Part shown: piece after piece, positions 10,527-21,435 of the stretch
Layout: each line of letters begins with the position of its first letter
Numbering within the stretch: position 1 is the stretch's first letter
Virus record (IMG/VR): IMGVR_UViG_3300031555_004524
Span: 64,001-128,000 of that record
Strand: one strand, 5' to 3'
DNA from: a virus
Taxonomy: Duplodnaviria; Caudoviricetes
DNA length: 64,000 nucleotides
Position numbers and translations under genes: made by a program
The notes under the pieces: model-generated
Told to the model about the DNA's origin: nothing
Databases searched by the model: none
The model's input: the letters and a program-made list of their open reading frames with translations, nothing else

Positions 10527-12872
10527 TTATAAATATTGATTCATATTTTCTTTGAATTCCTCTATACTTACAATAGGAATTCCATAAACTGCAGCTTTCT
10601 TATATTTATTACCCTGTGTAAATTCTGGATATGGAACTAATAAAACTGTAGTTTCTTTTGTAACTCCAGCACTACTATCAGCATCGTATCCTAAAGAGTC
10701 TAAATATTTTTCTAATTCTGCATCTCTACAGTGAGTAAATCTAATCTGTGGAGCTTTTATTAATGAATTTCTAACGCTATCTGTAAGTGGAATATTATTT
10801 AAAATATAAATAATATCATCTACAAATAATTCCATTTCATTTAATATTACTTCTATTGTAGTTTCACCAATACCCTTAATATTAATTAGAGTAGATCTCA
10901 AATTATCTTGAGTATATCCACCACTCTTATAATATTCTAAGAATTTAGATAAACTAATTTTAGATAATATTAACTTCCAAGTCTTTTCAGCAATACTCGT
11001 AAACCCTAAAGAACCGATTATTTTATAATCTTTCTGAGGAACCTTTTTAATATTTTGCAATTGATTAGAAAAATCAAGTTTCTCATTTGGTCCTAAAACT
11101 GCAAAGTTATTTGGATCTTCGCTAGCAATCATAAGACTTCTAAAAGTTCTATACGGTAATGCTCTTATAGTATTTTCACTAAAGTTAACAATACCAAGTT
11201 TGGCTAGCATATTTGTCATTCTCTTGACTGCTATCTCTGGACAATGCATATTTAAACAATATGCACTATCTCCAGTTGACGATACTCCTATCTCACCGCC
11301 ACAGAATGGACAATGTGTTGGAAATAAATCAACTCCTGGACTTTTTGCATTCTTTGAATTTCTTTTATTATGAGCATTTACTGGTTTATATACATATGGC
11401 ATGACATCATTCACATATTTTACATCTATGATATCTCCATAATGTAAATCCAATTCTTTAAATCTTTTATAAGAATGCCCACTAGATTTATCATGAATAG
11501 TTCCCATAAATTCAATTGGATCATAATGAATCATTGGTGTTATTGATCCGTCTTGTCCTACAGTATAAGTGTATCCTCTAAATATAGTTTGTTTATTTAT
11601 TGGATTGAATTTAACTGCTACTTTGTATCTATCAATAAAATTATCTCTTCCCAATAAAGTTCTAACTTTTGGATCGTAGAATTCAAAAACTACTCCATCA
11701 TACATAAATGGAAGTCTAGTTCTAGCAAATTCTGCTTCCTCAACAAATCGTTTCATCTGATATAATAAACTAGCATAATTTCCAGTAAATACGCTATATC
11801 TCATTATTTCATCAGTAGCATAATATCTATTCAAGAAATCCAATTCTACTAATCTATCTAATGGATTACCTTGTCCATCTTTTATGTCAGTGGATATTGG
11901 AACTAGAGTTATTAAATCTCTATAGTTTGTTGCTTCAGATGAATTCATAACGCCAATTATAGCCATTCTACAATTTGCATATTGATAATTCTTTCTATCA
12001 TTTAATTTAGCCAAATTATATTCAGATATAATAGCTTCAAACTTAATACCATTAGCTTGAGATAGACTATTTGGAAATCTATATCCTGCTAAAATTGGTG
12101 TTATATCTGAAGCTTTTCCAACTCCAGTGTCTCCTCTTGTTCTAGCCGAATGAAGTATACTTGAACAATCTGCTTCTACAGATATACCATCATACTTCAA
12201 TGTAGCAATTACAGTTAATTTCTCGTTAGCACCTATCACCCCAGCTTCTAATAGTGGTTGGAAGAAATCCCTTTCTACAACTCTGACATTAGAATCATTT
12301 AAAACTCCTGCATCTGCTGCTTGAGAATTTAGAACAAACTTACATTTATCAAAAGTTCCTACTAAATCAGGATGATTATGGGAAGTATTGTGTAATCTTT
12401 TAGATATTGTAGAATTTTCTGTTGTCTGAGTAATAATATTAAAATGATTATGGCTATATTGTAATATTTCTGGAAACATCATCTGTTTTTCATATTCCAA
12501 TTCTTCATCAGTAATCTTCTCGAATAATCTTTTTCTAACAGTATTCTCAGAAGTCGCATGCTCTGGCTTAAACTGTACTGGCTCTGCACCTACAGGATAA
12601 ACATTGTTGTTATATCTTCTATAACATTCAATCATTAAATCATATATACCATCTTCTATTGGTGGATTAGTATCCATATTATTATAGGTAATATTACCTA
12701 TCTTTATCAATAATTCTAAATCTTTCACTTCATCTTCTGTTAAATTTTGTTTCTGAAGTAGATATAAAATATATTGATTAACCTGTAAAAGATTTGCCCA
12801 TAATAGTGATAATCTACCGTCTTGTAAATCTTTATAAATATCTTGTAATGAGCAATTCGAACCTATTATCAT
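10527..12872 (-). CDS. ligA: NAD-dependent DNA ligase
   Basis: Motif I KYDG, TRGDTGVG, DGVV, VAVKF, OB fold, CPFC..C..C Zn finger, HhH GIGETT and a C-terminal BRCT-like domain. Confidence 0.92.
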   Translation of the reverse strand: MIIGSNCSLQDIYKDLQDGRLSLLWANLLQVNQYILYLLQKQNLTEDEVKDLELLIKIGNITYNNMDTNPPIEDGIYDLMIECYRRYNNNVYPVGAEPVQFKPEHATSENTVRKRLFEKITDEELEYEKQMMFPEILQYSHNHFNIITQTTENSTISKRLHNTSHNHPDLVGTFDKCKFVLNSQAADAGVLNDSNVRVVERDFFQPLLEAGVIGANEKLTVIATLKYDGISVEADCSSILHSARTRGDTGVGKASDITPILAGYRFPNSLSQANGIKFEAIISEYNLAKLNDRKNYQYANCRMAIIGVMNSSEATNYRDLITLVPISTDIKDGQGNPLDRLVELDFLNRYYATDEIMRYSVFTGNYASLLYQMKRFVEEAEFARTRLPFMYDGVVFEFYDPKVRTLLGRDNFIDRYKVAVKFNPINKQTIFRGYTYTVGQDGSITPMIHYDPIEFMGTIHDKSSGHSYKRFKELDLHYGDIIDVKYVNDVMPYVYKPVNAHNKRNSKNAKSPGVDLFPTHCPFCGGEIGVSSTGDSAYCLNMHCPEIAVKRMTNMLAKLGIVNFSENTIRALPYRTFRSLMIASEDPNNFAVLGPNEKLDFSNQLQNIKKVPQKDYKIIGSLGFTSIAEKTWKLILSKISLSKFLEYYKSGGYTQDNLRSTLINIKGIGETTIEVILNEMELFVDDIIYILNNIPLTDSVRNSLIKAPQIRFTHCRDAELEKYLDSLGYDADSSAGVTKETTVLLVPYPEFTQGNKYKKAAVYGIPIVSIEEFKENMNQYL

Positions 12873-12920
12873 ATAATATATCCTCCTTTCTATATATCAA
12901 AAGAATAATATATAAATTTA

Positions 12921-13313
12921 TTACATTTTATCCCAAGATTGATATACGCTTCTTCCAGATGATCTGTAAAATAAATCTGCAGGATTTATTTTATCATCTA
13001 TAAGCTGTTTATTGATTTTAGTATTCATAGCTTTTATTTGCACTCTGAATCCTTCTGGTATCATCTTCACTACTTCAGAAAATTTTGCGGAGTCGCTTTC
13101 TTTATATATTTTATCCAGTAATGTATCCATTGCATATAGCATATGATGATGACCTTCATTTGTAATCAGCAATTCATCATTTGCTGCATCTATAAGATAT
13201 TTCGCAGTATCATAGAGATTTTCCGCATAATTATTTTTACTAAGATTGATATTTAGATTATCTTTACATGTATAAAGATATAGTTCTCCTAACTGATCGT
13301 AACTAAGTACCAT
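12921..13313 (-). CDS. Hypothetical protein
   Basis: 130-aa ORF in operon. Confidence 0.5.
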   Translation of the reverse strand: MVLSYDQLGELYLYTCKDNLNINLSKNNYAENLYDTAKYLIDAANDELLITNEGHHHMLYAMDTLLDKIYKESDSAKFSEVVKMIPEGFRVQIKAMNTKINKQLIDDKINPADLFYRSSGRSVYQSWDKM

Positions 13314-13315
13314 AA

Positions 13316-13789
13316 TTATTCACCTTCCACAATATCTTCTTTTTTAGTTTCACTAAATTCTATTAAGCTTGCACATATACATCTATCAAATATTTGTCTG
13401 GATTCTATTACATTAGGCTCTATATGCTTATTGCAGAATGTATATAAAAAATCAGCAATCTTTGCAGCTTTGGATTTAGTATATAATTCAGAATCAGTCG
13501 AATGGAATGAACCATCGTTAAATATATTGGTTACATGGGTATTAAAAAATCTCTTCCCAATATATTTTTCCAGTTCTTCAAATGAATCTTCTGTTGCATG
13601 TCTAAATAATTCATCTTTAGCCTTTTGCAAGTTATCGATATTATCGTATACACACATTGGTTCTATACAAGAAAAATATCCATGTTCATCTACATCTTCG
13701 ATTGCAGCACATATTAAAACATATCTTTCTTTTAAACCATATTTCTTTTTCAAAAAATCACGTTCTTTTTCAAATTCAGCAGTAATCAT
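13316..13789 (-). CDS. Hypothetical protein, dispersed paralogue family
   Basis: Pattern YVLIC...MCVYDNIDNLQKAKDEL shared with neighbours. Confidence 0.5.
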   Translation of the reverse strand: MITAEFEKERDFLKKKYGLKERYVLICAAIEDVDEHGYFSCIEPMCVYDNIDNLQKAKDELFRHATEDSFEELEKYIGKRFFNTHVTNIFNDGSFHSTDSELYTKSKAAKIADFLYTFCNKHIEPNVIESRQIFDRCICASLIEFSETKKEDIVEGE

Positions 13790-13801
13790 AAATAATTCTC
13801 C

Positions 13802-14026
13802 TTATCTAACATGTCTCTTCCCAGGTCTTTTATAAATTCTAGGATTAGTCCACGTTTTTCTTCTATTAATTTTTTTATTAAAAGCTTCTTGTTTGCTTAT
13901 TTTATTATTAATTTTAGTTATATCTTCTCGCAATATATCCACTACAGATACTATAGTATTTTGTATATTATCTGTACGAATCGGTACAATCCTCCTATCA
14001 TCTGTATAAAAATTTACATGTGACAT
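13802..14026 (-). CDS. Small basic hypothetical protein
   Basis: RBS AGGGG, K/R-rich C-terminus. Confidence 0.45.
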   Translation of the reverse strand: MSHVNFYTDDRRIVPIRTDNIQNTIVSVVDILREDITKINNKISKQEAFNKKINRRKTWTNPRIYKRPGKRHVR

Positions 14027-14041
14027 ATATTTATCCCCTTT

Positions 14042-14296
14042 CTATATCATACTACTTTTAACTTTTACAACTAATACCTGTTCATTATAGGTATTATGTG
14101 CAATTACTACTCTACGTCTCATATCTTGACGTTCATGAGTATTCAAATAATTATCAAACAAATATTGATTAAGATTATCTTCTTTATTATTTATAATATC
14201 AATAATTTTATCTTTTTCATCTAATAATTTTTCCTCATCTTCATGTATTTTCATTATATAAAAATCATCATCTAATTTAACAAGTAAAGCAAACAT
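14042..14296 (-). CDS. Hypothetical protein, paralogue family
   Basis: RBS GAGGTG; shared pattern. Confidence 0.5.
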   Translation of the reverse strand: MFALLVKLDDDFYIMKIHEDEEKLLDEKDKIIDIINNKEDNLNQYLFDNYLNTHERQDMRRRVVIAHNTYNEQVLVVKVKSSMI

Positions 14297-14549
14297 AATA
14301 TCACCTCAAATTTGTAATTCTACATATTTAAATCACTTTGTTTCTCTCTTCGTCATATAAATTCATTTCATAATGTATCATATATGAGGATACATGCATA
14401 CTGCTTTTATCTATATGCTTCATACGATCAAAATCATAGAGATATAACCAAAAGATCCATTTAACTGACAATCTTAAATAGATTCAGATGTATCTTTAAC
14501 ACCTTCAACTTGAATACATTTTTTGTTTTCTTTCACGATATAAAACTTC

Positions 14550-14858
14550 TTATATTACGTTGATAGGTATAATTTCTAATAGTTGATCTTTGTATATATT
14601 GTCTTCCATATAAAGTATTAAATCTTTAGCCAAATTTTCAGGAGATGTTTGATCTTTTGTAATATTAACTCTAGGGTTAGGTATATAATTATAATTTTCA
14701 CCAATATACTGAGCAAGCTTATTTTCATCACCCTCATTGACAAGTGTTATTATATCATTTTTCATTTTTCCTAATAAAGATGGAGATTCCGAAGCTGCTA
14801 ATACAGTTCCATTAAAGTAATCTATATCCCAAATGGCTAACTGCAAAATATAAATCAT
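14550..14858 (-). CDS. Hypothetical protein, paralogue family
   Basis: YILQL...VLAASES...LEIIPINVI. Confidence 0.5.
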   Translation of the reverse strand: MIYILQLAIWDIDYFNGTVLAASESPSLLGKMKNDIITLVNEGDENKLAQYIGENYNYIPNPRVNITKDQTSPENLAKDLILYMEDNIYKDQLLEIIPINVI

Positions 14859-15157
14859 CAGTCTTCCTCCTTTTTTCTATCTTTTAATAAACAAAAATTT
14901 TCAGTAATCATCTCAGATATATTATATACACATTGATTAGTTTTGACCATTGTATTACTAAAATGCGGTATCCTAGATTTTCCTATTATTTTATCTAATT
15001 TTTCTTTTGATAACGGTTTTAGTTCATGATGAATTATAGGCACATCGTACATGCTACTATTATCAATATTATACACATGATCATATTCTTTATCTGATTT
15101 TATAAAATCTACACTCAATTCATTTTCTTGTATATTATTGGTATTCATAAAAATCAT
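14858..15157 (-). CDS. Hypothetical protein
   Basis: Overlapping start/stop with neighbours. Confidence 0.45.
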   Translation of the reverse strand: MIFMNTNNIQENELSVDFIKSDKEYDHVYNIDNSSMYDVPIIHHELKPLSKEKLDKIIGKSRIPHFSNTMVKTNQCVYNISEMITENFCLLKDRKKEED

Positions 15158-15507
15158 CCTCTATATATAATATATCTAACTGGATATATCATAAATGTGG
15201 TATCAATGTTATCCAATATATAATCTTTCCAATCAAATATTGTATTTTTTAGATCTTCGGTATCAAATATATACATACTATCTTTAGCATTTTCACTATC
15301 TGGAATCTCTGTTTCTGGATCTTGTATATCATATAGTAATCTTAATAGATTATCCGCATCTTCATTTTTAATAAGATAAACGATTTTATTCTTCATTTCA
15401 TCTAATATGTCATAATTTTCACTAACACAAATCATTGAAAAATATGAGGTATCTACATACTTTTCATATAACTGAAATACTAATACGTATTTATAACTAG
15501 CTAACAT
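15154..15507 (-). CDS. Hypothetical protein, paralogue family
   Basis: YVLVF...MICVSEN...FMIYPVRYI. Confidence 0.5.
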   Translation of the reverse strand: MLASYKYVLVFQLYEKYVDTSYFSMICVSENYDILDEMKNKIVYLIKNEDADNLLRLLYDIQDPETEIPDSENAKDSMYIFDTEDLKNTIFDWKDYILDNIDTTFMIYPVRYIIYRG

Positions 15508-15568
15508 TGTATCCCTCCCAAATTCATAAGAAATAAGAGGACTACATCTCTGCAGTCCTCATTAATAT

Positions 15569-16003
15569 CTATTCTTTCTTCTCTATTTTTGTAAATAATT
15601 TTCGATGGAATAAATATTTTTCTGATTGTTCTCTGAGTTCTACACTACGGTAGAAATCCTTCATTGGATCTGCTACTCTCATTTCTTCCTCAGGAATCTT
15701 TCTAAACAATGGTTTATATTCAACCTTCTCAATCTTTCTGATAGGTCTATGCATAAATAATCTAGTCTTCTTTTTAGCTTTCTTTACAAATTCTAATTTA
15801 AGACCCATTGTTTTCAAATATGCATTAAGAATTTCAACATTTCTATTTTTAGAATTACTGTCAAGATTAATATCAACATGATATGGATCTCCAGTGATTG
15901 CTTCTCTCATTAAACGTCTAGCTTGTGGAGATACTGAATGAGTCATTAAACATTGCACAACATTTGCTGCACCCATGTGTAATAAATCGCCAGTTTCCAT
16001 TTC
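15569..16003 (-). CDS. RNA polymerase beta C-terminal subunit, exon 2
   Basis: Begins GAA ATG GAA (EME), completing the universal RpoB motif RFGEME that is broken at the end of exon 1. Confidence 0.88.
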   Translation of the reverse strand, partial: EMETGDLLHMGAANVVQCLMTHSVSPQARRLMREAITGDPYHVDINLDSNSKNRNVEILNAYLKTMGLKLEFVKKAKKKTRLFMHRPIRKIEKVEYKPLFRKIPEEEMRVADPMKDFYRSVELREQSEKYLFHRKLFTKIEKKE

Positions 16004-16185
16004 CGTAAGTAATTATTATTTATTATAAATATCTAATAACACTTTCCCCCTTCATAGTCCCATCATGTATGAAACTCCACACTAAGTATATAATCTTAGT
16101 GGATCACTGTATACAGTGATCGGGGCTTAAGTTCCCGAATACGGTTTCGGTACAATTATATCCGTAATATTTATTTAGATGAATA
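16004..16185 (-). ncRNA. Putative TnpB omegaRNA scaffold, overlapping the intron 3' end
   Basis: Non-coding stretch after tnpB: GTACCGAAACCGTATTCGGGAACTTAAGCCCC, hairpins GATCACTGTATACAGTGATC and CACTAAG..CTTAGTG, then GACTATGAAGGGGGAAA. Resembles Firmicute IS605/IS607 right-end omegaRNAs; GCCCC/GGGGG could form a pseudoknot. Confidence 0.65.
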
Positions 16186-17448
16186 TTATACGAAATTTAA
16201 TGTAGGATAAATAGCTAAATTTTTAGCAGCATTATCATCTCGATTTATAACTAATCCACATACTGGGCATCTATATATTTTTCTAGCCCCAATATTATGA
16301 ATATTTCCACATGAACTGCATCTATTAGTAGATGGATATTTTTTATCAGCTCTAATTATAGGAATACCATGCATTTGGCATTTGTATACTATTATTTCTT
16401 GAACCTTATATAAGCAATGTTCAAGTATATTAGCATTATATGCTTGCTTAGCAGACATTGGTATTCTTGATGTATCTTTTATAAGCATATCTGAAACTTT
16501 TAAATCTTCAATAACAACAGCTTGAGGGTTTAGTGCTATTATATTATGAGATACATAATTATGAACTTCGTTCAGTTTTCTGTTATACTTTTTACGATAA
16601 TATTTATTTATTTTACAAATAGTTTTATCCATATTTTTCGTTCTAATACCATCACACTTCTTGAGTCTCGAAGCATTAATATTATACTGCCTATTTAATT
16701 TTGTTTGAAGTCTTTTTATTTTCTTGGACTCCTTATCAATATTAGGCAATTGTATTTTTATCCCATTTGAATCAACTATCCAATTTGTTTTACTACATCC
16801 TAAGTCAATTCCTATAGTATCACTATATGGACTATTTTCTATGATATTATGCATCTTATCATAGTTAGAAAAATTCATATTATCTGATTTTTTCATAGTA
16901 AAACTTAAATAGTAATTTTCACCATCAAATGTTATTCTTGGGTTATAATATTCTCTATATCTAGGATCATCTTTATATGTAGAACTTTTACCTATACAAT
17001 ATTCTTTTGGTATATGTCCACATAAAATAGTTCCAATTTTTTTAGAAATTTTAACTGAAGATTTTCCTATAGTTAATCTATCTGCTCTTATAGCCATACT
17101 TTGAGCTATAGATTTCTTAGATTTATATTTAGGATAATCGCATTTTTTAGCTAAATACATTTTGAATGCATTAACAGCATCCCATAATGCAATTTTCATA
17201 GTAGTTGAATCGTATTCCAATAACCATGAATTTTCTGGCTTATTTTTAAATTCAGTAAATAAATTATTTATATCGAATTGCGATAATATCTTATTCGTAT
17301 TTTTAAAATATTCACTTTCAATTTCTATTGCAAAATTGTAGATATATCTCATAATCCCAAAATATCTTTTTATAATATCTTTTTGTTCATCAGTTGGATA
17401 TAATTGTATTTTATTTCCTATATATTCAATATCACTCATATATTTCAC
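16186..17448 (-). CDS. tnpB: RNA-guided endonuclease TnpB (IS200/IS605/IS607 family)
   Basis: N-terminal KIQLYPTDEQ..FGIMRYIYN, RuvC-I IGIDLG, RuvC-II VVIEDL, Zn finger CSSCG...CPVCG, RuvC-III NRDDNAAKNL; D-E-D triad intact. Confidence 0.93.
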   Translation of the reverse strand: MKYMSDIEYIGNKIQLYPTDEQKDIIKRYFGIMRYIYNFAIEIESEYFKNTNKILSQFDINNLFTEFKNKPENSWLLEYDSTTMKIALWDAVNAFKMYLAKKCDYPKYKSKKSIAQSMAIRADRLTIGKSSVKISKKIGTILCGHIPKEYCIGKSSTYKDDPRYREYYNPRITFDGENYYLSFTMKKSDNMNFSNYDKMHNIIENSPYSDTIGIDLGCSKTNWIVDSNGIKIQLPNIDKESKKIKRLQTKLNRQYNINASRLKKCDGIRTKNMDKTICKINKYYRKKYNRKLNEVHNYVSHNIIALNPQAVVIEDLKVSDMLIKDTSRIPMSAKQAYNANILEHCLYKVQEIIVYKCQMHGIPIIRADKKYPSTNRCSSCGNIHNIGARKIYRCPVCGLVINRDDNAAKNLAIYPTLNFV

Positions 17449-17998
17449 CCTCCTTTCATAAAAATATTTTTTATGAAGTTGTTAGGGTTGATATAAATAT
17501 ATAATATATTAGATATTTAATATTAAATTTATAATTACCTTATTTCATTATAATCGCAACTTATAATGCATGGTCAATTCCATGTCACTTCCATTACAGA
17601 ACGTGCGTAGATCATTTGTCCATCCGTTAATATTAACGGAGAGGTATTTTTCTTCCTCCTAGATCTATCATAGTAGATCTGCTTGAGGTTCTACATTAAG
17701 GCTTTCGCCGCCCCCGCCAGGGGCTGATCGTTGAACGTCTAACCATTAAGATTAGTTCGCTGCTAAAGATGGGCTTGTTATCGAATACTTAGGACTTATA
17801 TCATTCTAGACGATCAATAATATAAGCTTTTATTTCACCATATATTCATCCGTATTATATTTTTTCTGCTTTCGCAACCATCACGCTTATCTTTGCAGAT
17901 TACGTTGTGGAGAATACGGCTCTTAACCCACTTCCTAGCATTTAACTCCTTTGGAACACACCCATCACTGGATATGCTGTGAATTGCTGTTAAGCTAC

Positions 17999-19780
17999 AC
18001 CGAATCTGATTGGAGTATCTGTATATAATGCTTTATGATTTTTAGAAGCTTTTGATCTGGTATTTTCATTTTTAATATTTGTAGATGATAAGCTTGTTAC
18101 TGAGAATTTTTCTTCAGCGTACTGTTTCAATCTATAAATATAAATTTTACCTACTACCATTTCTCTTAATCCAGGAATATATCTAATATTTCCGTTACTA
18201 TCTTCTATCGGAATAATCATTTTATATTGCTTTATAAACGGGAACTCATGATATAATTGTCGTAATATATCAATACTTGTACTTTCAGACATAGGTTTAT
18301 TTGATAATAAAATATATCCATCTTCTATCATTTGATCAATATACCAACCTCTATCGTTATTAGTAGCACTATCATGATACATCATTTCATAAAATTCATT
18401 GGCTTCAGATTGAGATACATAAGATATATATCTATAAATCATCTCAATTGAATCGTCCAAACTAATATTATTATCTCTAATATATTCCAATAATCTTGTA
18501 CCAATAAATGTTAATGAAACCTCCGCTAATTGACCCCAATTCAATCTATTAGTACATGTAAATCCGTTGAAACATACTTCAAGTCTGTCACCATTTTCTG
18601 TTACAGGCATAAGATGATCTGGAGTTATTTTGGCAATAATACCTTTACCTCCAAATCTATTTGTAATTTTATCTCCTGCAATGGGAACACTTTCTTCCAA
18701 TATATAAAACTCTACCAAAGTACCAGTAAAACTTTTATCTTTGATGAAAGTTGTTCCTTCTAATTCACGTTTAGAATTAAACCATAATTCTTCTAACTCT
18801 CGTTCCATATGGATATATCCATGCTGTTTTCTTAAACGATTAATACATTCTACAATTTCTTTACATACTCTAATATGCTCATTGTAATAATATAACACTT
18901 GCTGATTAGAATATCTGGATTGTAAAATTTCTGGAGAGTTTGAATATATATTAATATCTATAACCTTCCCTGTTACTGTGAATTTCTCATCACTGATTAA
19001 CAATTGTTTTAATCTTTCTATAGATTGCATATATAAAGATTCTTCAATCTTTTCTCGTCTAACACCGACAAGAATACCATTGTTAACATACTCCCCAATA
19101 TCTGGGAATGCCTTATCTCCTAATAAATTTAGAAGAATATCATTATCATTCAATGATACCTGTACTCTTTTTAATAATGGAGATGCTAATTTTCTTGCTG
19201 CGGATTCTGATAACTCAATACCATCTTCCATAGTAATATCCGAACAGATATATCCACATAATAAGTTTACACCATCACATCTATTCTGATACTCATCATA
19301 TGAATATGAAGATCTTACTAATTCCCCTTCAGATATTTCATATCCAATATCCAATTTATCCAATACTGTATTGTCATAATCATATAAATAACCATATGTT
19401 TCTGTAGTATAACGATATGGAACTTTAGTGATTACTCCAAATTTTCCAGTATCAATATCTCTTGTTATTAAGTAATATGACTCATTTGGATTTGTTGTGA
19501 ACTTAGATATTTTATCAACAATTTCCAAATCAGACTCTGCTCTAATAATAGATGAACTTTCATCGCCATATCTATTTTCATATCCAGTACCTATTACTGG
19601 AACTTCTGGTTTAAGAATCTGCATAGCTTGCTCTAATTGGCTTTCTTGCATTATCTTTCTAGAACCAGAGTTTGTGCTAGAAAATGGTTGGAACAATCCT
19701 TTTCCACCCATTTGCTCTCTCGATGTTAATCGAGCTTCCTCATAACCAATGGTCTTTTCCAAGTCCATTATTGATGCCAT
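17999..19780 (-). CDS. RNA polymerase beta C-terminal subunit, exon 1 (spliced product about 738 aa)
   Basis: SGSRKIMQESQLEQ, EDGIELS, GDKITNRFGGKGII, NRLNWGQ, IYIYRLKQ, ending TPIRFG: conserved RpoB C-terminal segments. Confidence 0.9.
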
Positions 19781-19968
19781 TGTCGGTCGCCCCTTTCTTG
19801 GTCAGTTTTATAATTTTTCTCATATTTAGTAAAATCCGAACATATATATTTATTTGGATTCATACCTAATTTGCATGGCTCTCCACATCCAATACACACA
19901 TATTCTTCTTCTATATAATATCCAAATGGACATAATGATTTTGCGTCGTAATATTTTTGTCTGGACAT
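19768..19968 (-). CDS. Small Cys-rich protein
   Basis: RBS GGAGG; CPFG..CIGCGEPC..C. Confidence 0.5.
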   Translation of the reverse strand: MSRQKYYDAKSLCPFGYYIEEEYVCIGCGEPCKLGMNPNKYICSDFTKYEKNYKTDQERGDRQWHQ

Positions 19969-20066
19969 GTAAAATTTATACCTCCTTCAAAAATATAATA
20001 TACAACCAATCTGAAACTTGAATATGTACAGACTAGCAATGATAACACTGCTAGTCTATATTATAA

Positions 20067-21323
20067 TTAAGCTGCTCCTGCTAACCCTAACAATGCAGAA
20101 GATACATCAAATATTTCGTCTTCCTCTTCGCATTCAACTGGTTTATTGATAAGATTCTGCAATCCAATCATAGCATATTTCATAAATAATTGCTGGAATT
20201 CAGGATCAGTTCTAAGCTTATTTTTAAATTCTTTCTGAGGGCATCTAACTTTTTCCTCTCCTCCGAATGTCATTGATACTCCGCTTACAGTAACAATTCC
20301 TTGATCTTTAAGCATATAGAATAATGACAATTCTCTATCGAATCCTTTTTCATAATCAAATATGAGATTTACAGATCTACCAGAAGCGCTTGTTCTGGAT
20401 TTAACCAATGTAGCTTCTACTACAGACCCTTTAATATAAAATCCTTCAGTTTCTTTAAGTTTAGCATTATCATCTAATCTAATTAGTAAATTAGTAAGAT
20501 ATACTGCTACTCTACCTCCACCAAGACTTTCACCTTGTTTTAAATATGCCACCTGTGCTTTCTTCTTAGCAAACATATTAATTTCAACTGATTCTGTAAT
20601 ATGGTTTACTACGAATAAAATAATATTAGCAGCTTTAAGCATAGGAATAATTCGTCTAAAAATAGCTGAGTTTGTTTTTGCTGCAGCTGTTGTAGACATC
20701 TGACCAGATAATTCTTCCTCTTCTGTTAATTTTTCTGGCATGAGCATAGCTAATGAATCAAGAATATAAACTGTAGGTTCTAATTTATAAATACGATTTC
20801 CTCGTTCATCATATAAACCAGTATCATATTCATATTCAGCTCTATCCTCTAATTTTAAATCATGAATCATTTTGATTCTCTGATAAAAGTTTTCAGCTGT
20901 TACACCGCTATTTCTAGCAATATATTTATCTTCCATTTCTTCATTTCCCATTCTCATGAGAAGTCGTTTTCTTGACTCTACAATACCACCTTCAATATCA
21001 TCATGATATATACATGATGTAGGAAATGGTCTAATAATTTCTGCAGCAGATTGCATAATAAATGTGGTTTTACCACATCCGGATCTACCAATTACAGTAA
21101 CCATAGAACCATCTACAATTCCGACAGAATTGTATGTAAAATCCATAGTATCGGATTTTACATGAATAACAGTACCATTTAAAAAATCAAATCCCAAAAA
21201 ACCAGTAGGGTATGCAATATCACGTTCTGTTTCATTTTTCATTCGAGAATCTTTCATTGAACCGACTCTTTCTCTAAACGCTGAAGCTAATCGTCCCATA
21301 AAAAATTTCATCCTTTCTATCAT
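20067..21323 (-). CDS. RecA/UvsX-like recombinase
   Basis: PTGFLGFD, Walker A GRSGCGKTT, Walker B YILDSLAML, VVNHI, GGGRV, KSRT. Confidence 0.85.
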   Translation of the reverse strand: MIERMKFFMGRLASAFRERVGSMKDSRMKNETERDIAYPTGFLGFDFLNGTVIHVKSDTMDFTYNSVGIVDGSMVTVIGRSGCGKTTFIMQSAAEIIRPFPTSCIYHDDIEGGIVESRKRLLMRMGNEEMEDKYIARNSGVTAENFYQRIKMIHDLKLEDRAEYEYDTGLYDERGNRIYKLEPTVYILDSLAMLMPEKLTEEEELSGQMSTTAAAKTNSAIFRRIIPMLKAANIILFVVNHITESVEINMFAKKKAQVAYLKQGESLGGGRVAVYLTNLLIRLDDNAKLKETEGFYIKGSVVEATLVKSRTSASGRSVNLIFDYEKGFDRELSLFYMLKDQGIVTVSGVSMTFGGEEKVRCPQKEFKNKLRTDPEFQQLFMKYAMIGLQNLINKPVECEEEDEIFDVSSALLGLAGAA

Positions 21324-21435
21324 TTTATTTTATTAACATGTTTCGCACATATTAAAAAATAAAAATAGTACAAATATTGCTATACTTATCATAAATGAGG
21401 TAGATAGCCTACTGACTATCTACCTCAAATATATT

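Larger units (their letters stand above)
16004..17998 (-). mobile_element. Group I intron carrying TnpB (IStron-like), 1995 nt
   Basis: 5' exon ends in U (TTC GGT|GTAGC) and the intron ends in G (TTACG|GAA ATG). Core-like motifs on the minus strand: AAATGCTAGGAAG, TTTAGCAGCGAA, and a P7 pair GTTCAACGATCA / CAAATGATCT. Removal restores the frame and the RFGEME motif. Confidence 0.88.

Noticed and set aside
17990-19780. RNAP beta pseudogene disrupted by an IS, with 15569..16000 as a separate gene
   Set aside because: Group I splice signals and core motifs restore the frame and the RFGEME motif exactly.
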